The notes: a model not told the origin generated them from the letters alone. A stretch of 64,000 nt of DNA from an uncultured Pseudomonas sp. (GCF_913774235.1 NZ_CAJYDW010000008.1:26787-90786), one strand, 5' to 3'; positions 44,675 to 54,750 are shown, counted from the first letter of the stretch. Numbers and translations: made by a program.

Positions 44675-45259
44675 ATGAATTCGACCCTCGCCCCCGTCCC
44701 CCTGGCCAAGGCCTATCGCCTGCTCAACCACGGCCCCACCGTGCTGGTCAGCGCCGCCCATGGCAGCCGGCGCAACGTCATGGCGGCGGCCTGGGCCATG
44801 GCGGTGGACTTCGAGCCCTGCAAGGTGGCGGTGGTGCTGGACAAGCAGACCTGGACCCGCGAGCTGCTGGAAGCCGAGGGCAGCTTCGTGCTCAATGTGC
44901 CCTGCGCAGCCCAGGTGGATCTGGTGCAGACGGTGGGCAACACCACCGGCCGCGAGCTGGACAAGTTCGCCGCCTACGGCATCGAGACCCTGGCTGGGGA
45001 GCAGGTCAGCGCCCCGCGGATCGCCGGCTGCGTGGCCTGGCTGGAGTGCCGGCTGCTGCCCGAGGCGCACAACCAGCAGGGCTACGATCTCTTCCTCGGC
45101 GAGGTGGTCGCCGCCCAGGCCGATACCCGGGTGTTTCGCGACGGCCACTGGGACTTCGCCGGCCAGGACGGGCTGCGCACCCTGCACCATGTGGCGGGCG
45201 GGCACTTCCTGGTGATTGGCGACGGCATCCAGGGGCGGATGCTTCAGCCGCTGGCGTGA
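44675..45259 (+). CDS. Flavin reductase-like (FMN-binding split barrel) protein
   Basis: MNSTLAPVPLAKAYRLLNHGPTVLVSAAHGSRRNVMAAAWAMAVDFEPCKVAVVL is the typical Flavin_Reduct pattern. The start is at an internal Met of the track ORF. Confidence 0.75.
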   Translation: MNSTLAPVPLAKAYRLLNHGPTVLVSAAHGSRRNVMAAAWAMAVDFEPCKVAVVLDKQTWTRELLEAEGSFVLNVPCAAQVDLVQTVGNTTGRELDKFAAYGIETLAGEQVSAPRIAGCVAWLECRLLPEAHNQQGYDLFLGEVVAAQADTRVFRDGHWDFAGQDGLRTLHHVAGGHFLVIGDGIQGRMLQPLA

Positions 45260-45374
45260 AGCCGGACGCCGGGCGTCTACGGTCGTCGCCTCCCGCCTGC
45301 CCTTGATCGTCCGCCGGCCTGACAGCCGCGGGTTTCCGGCGTAAAGCAGAGCTTTTGGCCGGGAGGGCTCTGGT

Positions 45375-46328
45375 ATGGGTACTTCACGACTGCTGGCGTT
45401 GGTCGCAGCCGGCGCACTCGGCCTGGGGGCGAGTGCGGCGGTATTCGGCGGCCCCTTGCGCGACTGGGTGCAGACCCAGCGGGCGGAACGCGCGGAGCGC
45501 GCCGACGTGGACGACCTGGAAGAGAACGCCGGCTCTGCCCGGCTGCAGGTACCGGCCGGGATCAAGGTGTGGTCCGACCAGGCCTATGGCGCCGATCGTC
45601 GACAGCGGCTGGATGTCTATGCCCAGCCCGGCCTGAGCGGCGCCCCGGTGGTGTTCATGGTGCATGGTGGGGCCTGGCGTACCGGCGACAAGACGATGCC
45701 GCGGGTGGTGCAGAACAAGCTCGACCACTGGGGACCCCGGGGGATCGTCTTCGTCTCGGTGAACTATCGACTGCTGCCGGAGGCGGACGTCCTCAGCCAG
45801 GCCGCCGACGTCGCGGCCGCCCTGGCCTTCGCCCAGCGCGAGGCCCCGCGCTGGGGCGGCGATCCGCGCCGCTTCGTGCTGATGGGGCATTCGGCGGGTG
45901 GCCAATTGATCGCGCTGCTGGCCGCCGCGCCTGCCCCCGGCCTGGCGCCGCCACTGGGCAGCGTGATCCTGGACAGTGCCGTCTTCGACGTCCCGGCGCT
46001 GATGCAGGATCGCCACCTGCCGCTCTACGACCAGGCCTTCGGCCAGGACCCGGCGTTCTGGCGGCGCACCTCGCCCCAGGCGCAGCTGCAGGCCGGGGTG
46101 CGACCGCTGCTACTGGTCTGCTCCAGCCGGCGCCGCGATGCCTGCCCGCAGGCCGACGGCTTCGCCCAGAGTGCCCAGGCGCTCGGCGGGCGCGCCAGTG
46201 TCCTGCCGTTGCCGCTCAAGCACAGCGAGATCAACGAGCAGCTCGGCCAGGAAGGTGCCTATACCCGTGCCGTGGATGCCTTCCTCGCCGGGCTGGACCC
46301 GGAGCTGGCCAGGCGCTTGCAGCCCTGA
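45375..46328 (+). CDS. Secreted alpha/beta hydrolase (esterase/lipase, fold-3)
   Basis: 317 aa with a signal peptide. Oxyanion HGGAW, nucleophile elbow GHSAGG. Confidence 0.75.
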   Translation: MGTSRLLALVAAGALGLGASAAVFGGPLRDWVQTQRAERAERADVDDLEENAGSARLQVPAGIKVWSDQAYGADRRQRLDVYAQPGLSGAPVVFMVHGGAWRTGDKTMPRVVQNKLDHWGPRGIVFVSVNYRLLPEADVLSQAADVAAALAFAQREAPRWGGDPRRFVLMGHSAGGQLIALLAAAPAPGLAPPLGSVILDSAVFDVPALMQDRHLPLYDQAFGQDPAFWRRTSPQAQLQAGVRPLLLVCSSRRRDACPQADGFAQSAQALGGRASVLPLPLKHSEINEQLGQEGAYTRAVDAFLAGLDPELARRLQP

Positions 46329-46372
46329 GTGATGGCCACCGCGCCCAGGGCGCCGTGGCCTGGTCCGCATGC

Positions 46373-48298
46373 TCAGACGCGGAAGCGCGCCACCATCCGC
46401 TGGAGATCGCCGCCCAGGCGGGCCAGTTCGTTGACCGAGGCGGCGGCATGGGCGTTGGCGGTGGCGGACTGCTCGGCCAGGCCGCTGACCTTGACCACGT
46501 TGCCGTTGATCTCCTCGGCCACCAGGCTCTGTTCTTCCACGGCGGTGGCGATCTGCTGGTTGAGGTTCTGGATCTCCGCCACCGTCTGGTAGATGGCGTC
46601 CAGGGCGCGCTCGGCGTCCTGGGCCAGGGTCACGGTGCCCAGGGTGCGCTCGCGGCTGGCCTGCATCCGCTCGCTGGCCGTCGTGGTGCCCTGCTGCAGG
46701 GCGGTGATGAGTTCACCGATCTCCTGGGTGGACTCCTGGGTACGCTGGGCGAGGGAGCGGACCTCGTCGGCCACCACGGCGAAGCCGCGGCCCTGCTCGC
46801 CTGCGCGGGCGGCTTCGATGGCGGCGTTGAGGGCCAGCAGGTTGGTCTGCTCGGCGATGGCCTTGATCACGTCGATGACGCTGCCGATGCGGCCGCTGGC
46901 GGCGTCCAGCTGCTCCATGGCGGCGCCCAGGCCCTGGACCTCCTCGGCGGCCAGGGTGATCTCCTGGGCGGCCCGCTTGACCGTGCGGCTGCCCTCGCGA
47001 GCCATGGCGTCGGCGTTGTGGGCGGCGCTCGAGGCGGTGGAGGTGTTCTGTGCCACGTTGTGCACCGTGGCGGCCATCTCGTTCATGGCGGTGGCCACCT
47101 GGTGCATCTCATCACGCTGCTGGGTGACGCCGCGGCTGGTCTGCACGCCGAAGGCGGACAGTTCGTCGGCCGCGCTGCTGAGCTGGCCCACGCCGGCGGC
47201 GATGCCACCGACCAGCTGGCGCAGGTCGTCGGCCATGGCCTGGGTGGTGCGTTGCAGTTCGCCCAGCTCGTCGCGCCGGCTCACCTCGCTGCGCTGGGTG
47301 AGATCGCCGGCGGCCACCCGCTTGAGCATGGCCATGGCGGTCGCCAACGGCTGGGTGATCTGCCGGGTGATGAGCCAGGCGGCGGCGATCCCGATCAGCA
47401 GGGCGACGAGGATGCTCAGGGCGAGTTGCAGCAACGCCGAGTCCCGCTCGGCGGCAGCGGACTTGAGCTGGCCGGCGCCCAGTTGGTCGAGCAACTGCAA
47501 GAGTTTCTTGCCCTGCTCCTGCAAGCTGGCCACGGCCGCATCGGCCTGGCGGTTCTGGGCGATGATGGATTCGACGAAGGCGCGATAGCGGGTGACGTCC
47601 TGGGTGGCGCTGTAGAGCCGCGCGGCGGTGTCGCCGTCGATCTGCGCCTGGGCATCGGCCACGGTCTTGAGCAACTCGTCGATGGCCTTGAGCGCCGCCT
47701 GGGACTTGCCGTCGTCGGGAGCGCCGAGGAAACGCCGGATCGCCAGGCGGATGCCGACCATCTGCGTCTTCATCTGGGCCACGGCCTTTAGGTCGGCGAC
47801 GCTGTAGTCGCCGCCAGGGGTGAAGACGAGCTCGAACAACTCGTCGAAGGTCTTGGTGACATTGTCAGAGACCCGGGCCAGTTCGGTCTGGGCCTCGCTG
47901 CTGGTCTGCTTGGCCCTTTGCAGGGCGGCGAAACGCTCTTGGTAGACCTTGAGCTCCTGTTGGACGCTGGCGAGGATGGCGCGGTTGGTCGGGTTCGACA
48001 GCAGGGTGAGGCCGTGGGCGAGGTCTTCCGCCACCTCGGCCATGTCATCCTGCTGCTGCTTGACGTTGACCGCGCTGGGATCGAGCAGATAGGCCTTTTC
48101 GTCGACCCTGATGTTGAGAATGTCCGCCTTGAGTTCGCCGCTGTAGCGCGTCTTGTTGATGCGCTCGAGCAGCGTATTGGCGGTGAGATAGCCGAACAGG
48201 GCCACCACCAGCACCATGACCAGCAGGGCGCCGAAGCCCAGCGCCAGCTTCTTGGAAATACCGAGGTTGTTCAGCCAGGAGGCGTTGTGGGCGGACAT
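46373..48298 (-). CDS. Methyl-accepting chemotaxis protein (4HB-type sensor, HAMP)
   Basis: 641 aa. N-terminal TM, periplasmic helical domain, second TM, HAMP ([15 protein letters not shown]), and a signalling hairpin identical in sequence to the first MCP. Confidence 0.9.
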   Translation of the reverse strand: MSAHNASWLNNLGISKKLALGFGALLVMVLVVALFGYLTANTLLERINKTRYSGELKADILNIRVDEKAYLLDPSAVNVKQQQDDMAEVAEDLAHGLTLLSNPTNRAILASVQQELKVYQERFAALQRAKQTSSEAQTELARVSDNVTKTFDELFELVFTPGGDYSVADLKAVAQMKTQMVGIRLAIRRFLGAPDDGKSQAALKAIDELLKTVADAQAQIDGDTAARLYSATQDVTRYRAFVESIIAQNRQADAAVASLQEQGKKLLQLLDQLGAGQLKSAAAERDSALLQLALSILVALLIGIAAAWLITRQITQPLATAMAMLKRVAAGDLTQRSEVSRRDELGELQRTTQAMADDLRQLVGGIAAGVGQLSSAADELSAFGVQTSRGVTQQRDEMHQVATAMNEMAATVHNVAQNTSTASSAAHNADAMAREGSRTVKRAAQEITLAAEEVQGLGAAMEQLDAASGRIGSVIDVIKAIAEQTNLLALNAAIEAARAGEQGRGFAVVADEVRSLAQRTQESTQEIGELITALQQGTTTASERMQASRERTLGTVTLAQDAERALDAIYQTVAEIQNLNQQIATAVEEQSLVAEEINGNVVKVSGLAEQSATANAHAAASVNELARLGGDLQRMVARFRV

Positions 48299-48410
48299 CG
48301 TGACACCTGAAGGGATTCGGGAATGTCACTGTATCGGACGCTCGGCCGCGTTCTTGATAGGGGTACGCGGCCGGAGCGGACGTTCGGCCCCTGCAGGGGC
48401 CGACGGTCGA

Positions 48411-48740
48411 TCAGGCGGTTTCCTGGCTGGCCAGAGGCACCGGCAGTTCCAGCTCCAGCACCGAGATCAGCGCATTCTGCTGGCGCTCGTTGAGCTGGCG
48501 GAAGCGGTGCAGCAGCAACTGCTCGTTGCCGCTGAGCAGATCGTCGTCCTGGTGGGACTCGCTCTGCTCCAGGACCCCGTCCTGCACCAGACTGCGTTCC
48601 AGCCAGGCGACGATCTCGGTGTTCATGCTGTGGCGATGGGTGCGGGCCACGGCGGCGATGCGTTCGCGCATGCCATCGGGCAGGCGGACGACGAACTTTT
48701 CCGTGGGGATTCCAGCGGGAGCGCGGTGGACGTAAGGCAT
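48411..48740 (-). CDS. amrZ: Arc/ribbon-helix-helix regulator, AmrZ (AlgZ)-like
   Basis: 109 aa from MPYVH. EKFVVRLPDGMRERIAAVARTHRHSMNTEIVAWLERSL...LLLHRFRQLNERQQNALISVL parallels P. aeruginosa AmrZ ([38 protein letters not shown]...LLQRFRQLSHRQQNALVALI) as I recall it. Confidence 0.75.
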   Translation of the reverse strand: MPYVHRAPAGIPTEKFVVRLPDGMRERIAAVARTHRHSMNTEIVAWLERSLVQDGVLEQSESHQDDDLLSGNEQLLLHRFRQLNERQQNALISVLELELPVPLASQETA

Positions 48741-48772
48741 GGCGAACCTCCAAAGACAAGGGGTGGCTGACG

Positions 48773-49414
48773 TCAAAGCGCCGACAACAGCAGTCGACCG
48801 GCGAAGAAAACCAGCACCAGGCCCATGGTTCTTTCGAACCAGTGGCCCAGGCGCAGGAAGGTTTGGCGCACGCGAGCGCTGGAGAACAGCAGGCTGACCA
48901 GGGCGAACCAGCCGGCGTTGACCGCGCACATCCACAGGCCGTACAGGCCCTGCACGGCCAGCGGCGTACTGCCACTGACCACGGTGGTGAAGATGGCCAG
49001 GAAGAACAGCGTGGCCTTGGGATTGGTGGCATTGGTCAGGAAGCCGGTGAGGAAGGCCTTGGCCGGGGACTGGTGCTCCAGATCGGCGGCCTGCCACTGG
49101 CTGTCGTCCAGCGGCGCGGCGGTGGGTTTGCTGCGGATGAGGTTGAAACCCAGCCAGAGGATGTAGGCACCGCCGAGCACCTTGGCGGCGTCCAGCAGCC
49201 AGGGCGTGGCGTGCATCAGGGCGCCGATGCCGAGCAGGGTATAGAGCACGTGCACCGAGATGCCGGCACCGATGCCCAGGGCGGTGCAGAGGCCGACCAG
49301 CCGGCCGAACCTCACGCTCTGGCGCACGGTGACGGCGAAGTCCGGCCCGGGGGCCAGGACGGCGAGGAAATGGATGGTCGCCAGGGCGAGGAATTCGCTC
49401 AGGTAAGGGGACAT
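48773..49414 (-). CDS. LysE/RhtB-family amino-acid exporter
   Basis: 213 aa with six predicted TM segments. N-terminal FLAVLAPGPDFAVTV motif. Confidence 0.8.
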   Translation of the reverse strand: MSPYLSEFLALATIHFLAVLAPGPDFAVTVRQSVRFGRLVGLCTALGIGAGISVHVLYTLLGIGALMHATPWLLDAAKVLGGAYILWLGFNLIRSKPTAAPLDDSQWQAADLEHQSPAKAFLTGFLTNATNPKATLFFLAIFTTVVSGSTPLAVQGLYGLWMCAVNAGWFALVSLLFSSARVRQTFLRLGHWFERTMGLVLVFFAGRLLLSAL

Positions 49415-49415
49415 G

Positions 49416-50186
49416 TCAGCTCCAGTACGTCAGGGGCTCGGCCGCCCCGCGATAGCCGACGAAGCACGACAGTGACAGGCGCGGCTGGTCGTTGCCGGGC
49501 GTCACGGCGTGCATGCGCCGGGAATTGAACAGGATCAGATCGCCCGGTTCCGGGCGGATGGTCAGGCTCGGCGGACCGAGCAGGTCGGGCTCGATGCCGT
49601 AGCTGTCGCCGCGCAGGGCGTCGAAGTCGTCCGGCGCCAGCTCCTTGGCCCAGAGCTGCAATTCACCGCCCTGGCTGGGCATGGTCAGGTAGACGTTGCA
49701 GGCCAGCTGGGTCACCACGCTTTCGGCCTCGGCGCTACCGGGGGCGTCCTTGGCGAAGATGTCGTGGTGGGCGAGAAAGCGCACACCCGGCTTCACCACC
49801 CGCGAGAGCCCCACGTACATCTTGCGGCCCCAGAGCGTTTGCAGGCGGGCACCGGCCGGCCAGACCTCGTCGAGGACGCAGCGCACCAGGTCGATGGGAT
49901 TGAGATAGGGGCGGCAGCGGCGGCGCAGCTCCTCCAGGTTATGGGCAACGCTGGCGAAGTAGTCGTCCATCTGCGCCCGCTGGTTTTCCGCCTCGTAGAA
50001 CGCCATACCGATGCGCCCGATGCTGGGCGCGTTGGCGTAGGTGGCGAAGCCGTTGCCGAGGATCTGTTTGCCCAGGTCGTCGGCCAGGGGGCGGGGGACG
50101 AAACGCCGGATACGCACGGCCAGCAGGCGTTCATCGGCGAGACGGTTCAGACTCTCGGTGTCGAGAGCGTCGAGTTCGAGCAGCAT
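49416..50186 (-). CDS. 2-oxoglutarate/Fe(II)-dependent oxygenase family protein
   Basis: 256 aa. Candidate facial triad FLAHHD (HxD) and distal RMHAV. It ends 1 nt before the lysE start. Confidence 0.6.
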   Translation of the reverse strand: MLLELDALDTESLNRLADERLLAVRIRRFVPRPLADDLGKQILGNGFATYANAPSIGRIGMAFYEAENQRAQMDDYFASVAHNLEELRRRCRPYLNPIDLVRCVLDEVWPAGARLQTLWGRKMYVGLSRVVKPGVRFLAHHDIFAKDAPGSAEAESVVTQLACNVYLTMPSQGGELQLWAKELAPDDFDALRGDSYGIEPDLLGPPSLTIRPEPGDLILFNSRRMHAVTPGNDQPRLSLSCFVGYRGAAEPLTYWS

Positions 50187-50221
50187 GGCGCTTCCTTTCT
50201 GCGGGTGAGGGAGGCGGGTGA

Positions 50222-50860
50222 TCAGGCGCCCGCCATGTCGTAGCTCACCAGCAGGCGCCCCTTCTTTTCCTTGAGTCCGAGCACGCTCAACTGACCGACG
50301 GTGCGCGTGGAACGCACATGGGTACCGCCGCAGGCGTAGCGCGCGACGTCTTCGCCGAAGCGCACCTGGCGCTGGCCAGCGGCGTCGACCTCGCTGTGCA
50401 GCGGCAGGTCCGCCTCCACCAGGGCATCGAAGTGCGCCTGCAGGGCCGCTCCGTCCAGCGGGCGGGGCTCCAGACCCGGCACGAATTCGATCTTGCCTTC
50501 GCCCGGCCAGTGATGGGCCTTGACCGGCTGCCAGCCATGGGTCTCGCCGATGTGGCCGATCAGATGGCCGGCCGAGTGCAGCCGCGCGTGCAGGCGGCGC
50601 CGCTGCTCATCGACCCGGGCCAATACCCGGCCCGGCTGCAACGGGCGGTTGACCTGGTGGAGGATGCGTTCGCCGTCCTGCACCACGCGCTGGACCTCGG
50701 CCGTGCCGATCCAGCCGGTATCGCTGGGTTGGCCACCGCCCTGGGGATGGAAGGGCGTGGCACGCAACTCGACGGCATACCCCTCCGCCGTGGCGGTACA
50801 GGCAAGGACCTCGACCTCGGCGATCAGGCTGTCGCTCAGGAAATACAGGCGCTCGGTCAT
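50222..50860 (-). CDS. AlaX-type alanyl-tRNA editing domain protein (free-standing)
   Basis: 212 aa. FHPQGGGQPSDTG, the zinc motif HSAGHL (HxxxH) and CGGTHV (CxxxH). Confidence 0.75.
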   Translation of the reverse strand: MTERLYFLSDSLIAEVEVLACTATAEGYAVELRATPFHPQGGGQPSDTGWIGTAEVQRVVQDGERILHQVNRPLQPGRVLARVDEQRRRLHARLHSAGHLIGHIGETHGWQPVKAHHWPGEGKIEFVPGLEPRPLDGAALQAHFDALVEADLPLHSEVDAAGQRQVRFGEDVARYACGGTHVRSTRTVGQLSVLGLKEKKGRLLVSYDMAGA

Positions 50861-50955
50861 TCGTCTTACTACTCTTGGAAAACGAGAAACGACCTCATTC
50901 TAAAGAGCGCTCGATAAGGTGATAATCCACCCTCCCTCCAAAGGAATTTTGCGCT

Positions 50956-51939
50956 GTGAGCATAAGTCTTCCCCTGCCGCTGCTCAGCGAAATGGCCATC
51001 TTCGTGCGGGTGGTGGAAAGCGGCAGCTTCTCCGCCGCGGCCCGACAGCTGGGGCTGACGCCTTCGTCCACCAGCCGCAGCGTGGCGCGCTTGGAGAAGG
51101 CCCTGGGCACCCGCTTGCTCAATCGCAGCACGCGCAAGCTGCGGCTGTCGGAGGCGGGGGAGGAGGTCTATCGGCGCTGCAGTGACATGGTCGGCGCCGC
51201 CCGGGCGGTGCTGGAGGTCAGTGGCCAGTTCAACCAGGCGCCGGCCGGCATCGTGCGGCTGTCGGTGCCCAAGGCGGTGGGCAGCACGGTGATCCATCCG
51301 CACATGGCCGACTTCCTGCGCCGCTATCCGGCGGTGGACGTGCAACTGATGCTGGAGGATCGCTATGTCGACCTGATCGACGACAATGTCGACCTGGCCA
51401 TCCGCATCACCGACCGCCCGCCGCCCGGGCTGGTCGGACGCCAGTTGCTCACCATCGAGCATCAACTTTGCGCCACGCCGCAGTACCTGGCCGAGCACGG
51501 CAGCCCGGCGCACCCGCGCGACCTGGCCCAGCACAGCTGCATCTACCTGGGCGAGGAGCCGGCCGATTCACGCTGGAAATTCCGCCAGGGCGCCAAGGTG
51601 GTCCACGTCAACGTCCGCGGGCGCTACGCCGCCAACCACACCGGGGTGCGGCTGGATGCGGTGCTGAGCCATATCGGCATCGGCAGCCTGCCATTCTTCA
51701 CCGCCCAGGCCGCGTTGGCCCGGGGCGAGATCGTCCAGGTGCTGCCGGACTGGACCTTCCTGCCGCACTACTATGGTGGCGCCTGGCTGCTCTATCCGGC
51801 GACCCGCCATCTGCCGCCCAAGCTCAAGGTGTTCATCGACTTTCTCGTCGAACGGCTGAGCGACCAGGCGTTACGCCAGGGGCGCGGTGCGGCCGCCTTG
51901 CCCGAGCAGCGCTTTCAGGAGCTCACCATAGGCAGCTAG
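50956..51939 (+). CDS. LysR-family transcriptional regulator, divergent from the alaX-oxygenase-lysE genes
   Basis: 327 aa with a GTG start. The HTH is FVRVVESGSFSAAARQLGLTPSSTSRSVARLE. It has a LysR substrate-binding domain. Confidence 0.85.
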   Translation: MSISLPLPLLSEMAIFVRVVESGSFSAAARQLGLTPSSTSRSVARLEKALGTRLLNRSTRKLRLSEAGEEVYRRCSDMVGAARAVLEVSGQFNQAPAGIVRLSVPKAVGSTVIHPHMADFLRRYPAVDVQLMLEDRYVDLIDDNVDLAIRITDRPPPGLVGRQLLTIEHQLCATPQYLAEHGSPAHPRDLAQHSCIYLGEEPADSRWKFRQGAKVVHVNVRGRYAANHTGVRLDAVLSHIGIGSLPFFTAQAALARGEIVQVLPDWTFLPHYYGGAWLLYPATRHLPPKLKVFIDFLVERLSDQALRQGRGAAALPEQRFQELTIGS

Positions 51940-51991
51940 TCATTCCGGCTTTTCGTGAGACTTTTCACAACTTCTGTGACGACGCAGCCTA

Positions 51992-52013
51992 TTAGGTGAA
52001 ACGATTCACCTAA
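51992..52013. promoter_or_regulatory. Perfect 9-bp inverted repeat upstream of the sugar MFS gene (operator candidate)
   Basis: TTAGGTGAA-acga-TTCACCTAA. The inner part GTGAAACGATTCAC resembles LacI-family operators. It lies ~120 nt upstream of the ATG at 52133. Confidence 0.35.
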
Positions 52014-52132
52014 CGTTTCTTTCACCCGCTTGCGGCGGTTTTTCTTGCGCCATGCTCACCACGCCCGCCAGCGCGGGTCGTGCAGGTCGCCACCGCGATC
52101 CTGGCCCTGGCAGAACAAGAAAGGATTTCCCC

Positions 52133-53533
52133 ATGCTCGCTTCCTCACCCTCGCTCGCCGTACCCGTGGCGGCCACCCCGCGCAAGGGGCTGGTCGTGCT
52201 CATCGCTGTGATCGCCGCCCTGGGCGGTCTGCTGTTCGGCTACGACACCGGCATCATCGGCGTCGCCCTGCTCGGTCTCGGCCGGGAATTCGCCATGGAC
52301 GACACCGTCAAGCAACTGGTGACCGGTGCCATCATCTTCGGCGCCCTGTTCGGTTGCCTCGGCACCGGCCCGATCTCCGACCGTCTCGGCCGGCGCAAGA
52401 CCATCATCGGCGTAGCCCTGGTGTTCGCCCTGGGCTCGGTGCTCTCGGCGCTGTCGCCCAACGTCACCCTGCTGATCCTGTCGCGCTTCCTGCTCGGCCT
52501 GTCGGCTGGTAGCTCCACCCAGATCATCCCGGTGTACATCGCCGAGGTGGCGCCGCCGGAGCATCGCGGCAAGCTGGTGGTGCTGTTCCAGTTCATGGTG
52601 GTGTTCGGCATCACCGTGGCCTATTTCACCGGCTTCGCCCTGGACGAGCACTGGCGCTGGATGTTCGGCCTCGGCCTGGTGCCGGCGCTGATCCTGCTGG
52701 CCGGCATGGCGGTGCTGCCGGAAAGCCCGCGCTGGCTACTGGTCAAGGGCCGCGAAAAAGACGCCCTGGCGGTGCTGGAGCGGGTACGCGGCGGCGCTGC
52801 CGCGGCCCAGGCCGAGCTGACCGAGATCAAGACCGTGAGCAACGCGCCGGAAGGCAGCTGGAGCGACCTGTTCTCGCCCTGGGTACGGCCAGCCCTGCTG
52901 GTGGGCGCGGGGATCGCCATGTTCTCGCAGATCACCGGCAACAACGCCCTGATCTACTACGCCCCGACCATCCTCACCCAGGCCGGCTTCTCCGACCAGA
53001 CCGCGGTGCTGGCCACCGGTTGCAGCACCATCCTGGTGGTGATCATGACCGTGGTCGGCAGCTTCCTGGTGGATCGCATAGGTCGCCGTCGCTACCTGCT
53101 GACGCTGATTCCCGGCTCCATCATCGCCCTGGCGATCATGGGCTATCTGTTCCAGGGCGCCGGTCCCCAGACCGAGGTCGAGCGCTGGACGGTGGTGGCC
53201 TGTCTGGCCGCCTACCTGATGCTCAACTGCGGCGGTTTCGGCGTCTGCATCTGGCTGATCAACGCCGAGGTCTATCCGCTGTTCGTGCGCGGCAAGGGTG
53301 CCAGCGTCGGCGCCTTCAGCCACTGGGGCTTCGACCTACTAGTGACCCTCACCACCCTGAGCCTGGTGACCCAGCTGGGCGCCGCCCACACCTTCTGGCT
53401 CTATGCCGGGATTTCCCTGGTGGCGCTGCTGTTCATCTGGCGCCTGGTGCCGGAAACCAAGGGCAAGAGCCTGGAGCAGATCGAGCACGACCTGCGCGAG
53501 CGGCGCTTCTTTCCCTATCAGCGGAAGGGCTGA
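52133..53533 (+). CDS. MFS sugar porter family transporter
   Basis: 466 aa from MLASSPS. GGLLFGYDTGIIGVAL, the GRRK loop (DRLGRRKT), PESPRWL and PETKGKSLEQIE are all sugar-porter signatures. Confidence 0.88.
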   Translation: MLASSPSLAVPVAATPRKGLVVLIAVIAALGGLLFGYDTGIIGVALLGLGREFAMDDTVKQLVTGAIIFGALFGCLGTGPISDRLGRRKTIIGVALVFALGSVLSALSPNVTLLILSRFLLGLSAGSSTQIIPVYIAEVAPPEHRGKLVVLFQFMVVFGITVAYFTGFALDEHWRWMFGLGLVPALILLAGMAVLPESPRWLLVKGREKDALAVLERVRGGAAAAQAELTEIKTVSNAPEGSWSDLFSPWVRPALLVGAGIAMFSQITGNNALIYYAPTILTQAGFSDQTAVLATGCSTILVVIMTVVGSFLVDRIGRRRYLLTLIPGSIIALAIMGYLFQGAGPQTEVERWTVVACLAAYLMLNCGGFGVCIWLINAEVYPLFVRGKGASVGAFSHWGFDLLVTLTTLSLVTQLGAAHTFWLYAGISLVALLFIWRLVPETKGKSLEQIEHDLRERRFFPYQRKG

Positions 53534-53611
53534 ACGCCAGCTCCGGTGCTAGGGTCGCAACAGGAGCGGAGATAGATCTTCGCTCCTGTTCGCCTGTGCC
53601 GGAGTCCTGCC

Positions 53612-54100
53612 ATGCGCCCCCTGACCCTCGACCTCGATCTGCTGGCTGCCGCCCTCGACAGCCGGGAGCGAGGTACCCACTTCCTCGATCTCGACAGCGG
53701 CGCCCTGCGCCTGCTCGATCCGGACGACCTCAGTCTGGAAGAACGCGAGGAATTGGAAGATCCCGAACGCTACCTGCCGCTACCGCGCCTGACCCAGGAG
53801 GATCGCCTGGAACTGCGCGAGGCCTTCCTGCACCAGCTGCGCCATCCCCACGCCCAGCCGCTGCTGCGTGCCGCTCTGGAAAGCCGGCGACCGCTCCGTA
53901 CCTTCGACTACGAACTGGACCTTTTCCCCTCGGTACGCGAGGCCTGGGAGGCCTTCGCGCTGAATCGGCTCAAGGAAGAGTTGCTCGCGCTGCTGGACGA
54001 GGCCGGCCTGGAAGCCCTGCCGGCGGACGGGCGTATGCCGCTGCCGGATGATGTACCGGAGGGGATCAGGCGACGGTTGGAGAAGGGGCAGGGGCGCTGA
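53612..54100 (+). CDS. Acidic hypothetical protein, UPF0158-like
   Basis: 162 aa. The pattern FLDLDSGALRLLDPDD...YLPLP...R.FR..L...P....W..F is reminiscent of UPF0158. The assignment is weak. Confidence 0.4.
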   Translation: MRPLTLDLDLLAAALDSRERGTHFLDLDSGALRLLDPDDLSLEEREELEDPERYLPLPRLTQEDRLELREAFLHQLRHPHAQPLLRAALESRRPLRTFDYELDLFPSVREAWEAFALNRLKEELLALLDEAGLEALPADGRMPLPDDVPEGIRRRLEKGQGR

Positions 54101-54167
54101 GCCGCACCCCGGTGTGAGATCACCGAGGCGCGCCTTTATAGATCGTCGCCCAGAGGCCCGTGCAGCC

Positions 54168-54692
54168 CTAGTCGTGCCCGTGCCGATAGAGCTTCAGCTC
54201 CACCATCAGGTCGTCGGTGAGGGTTTCCAGGTGGGCCTGGAGGGCTTCCAGTTCGAGGTCGGCCGGTAGCGCGAGCAGGGCGGTGGCATGGAATAGCAGC
54301 TCGCTGCTCATGGGCGCCGGACGCGTTTCGGTGGATAGCCGTTCGACGTTGACGCCGACCTGGTGCAGCGCCCGGGTGATGTCGCGGACGATGCCGACGC
54401 GGTCGTTGCCCAGCAGTTCGAGCTGGACCAGCGGCGCGCCCACCGGAGCCGGTTGGCCCGGTTCGCCCACCAGGATGCGCAGCCCTGGGATGGCCAGCTG
54501 TTGCAGTGCTTCCACCAGGCCATTGCGCAACTCCGGCTCCACTTCCACCGAGAGGATGCCGGCGAACTGGCCGGCCAGGTGGGCCATGCGACTTTCCAGC
54601 CAGTTGCCGCCCTGGGCGGCCACGCAGTCGGCCAGGGCTTCCACCAGACCAGGGCGATCGGGGGCGATGACGGTCAGGACCAGGTGTTCCAT
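54168..54692 (-). CDS. Tandem-ACT-domain protein, glycine cleavage system regulator GcvR-like
   Basis: 174 aa. MEHLVLTVIAPDRPGLVEALADCVAAQGGNWLESRMAHLAGQFAGIL and a second ACT LELLGNDRVGIVRDITRAL. Confidence 0.6.
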   Translation of the reverse strand: MEHLVLTVIAPDRPGLVEALADCVAAQGGNWLESRMAHLAGQFAGILSVEVEPELRNGLVEALQQLAIPGLRILVGEPGQPAPVGAPLVQLELLGNDRVGIVRDITRALHQVGVNVERLSTETRPAPMSSELLFHATALLALPADLELEALQAHLETLTDDLMVELKLYRHGHD

Positions 54693-54750
54693 GGCGGGCT
54701 CCAGGGCAGTCAGAGAGAACCCCGAGTCTAGCCCGCCCTGGAGTGCTGGC

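Noticed and set aside
45569-47791. 740-aa + strand ORF
   Set aside because: It spans the esterase gene out of frame and runs antisense to the MCP gene. It is low-complexity (G/A/R/L/P) and is a high-GC shadow.
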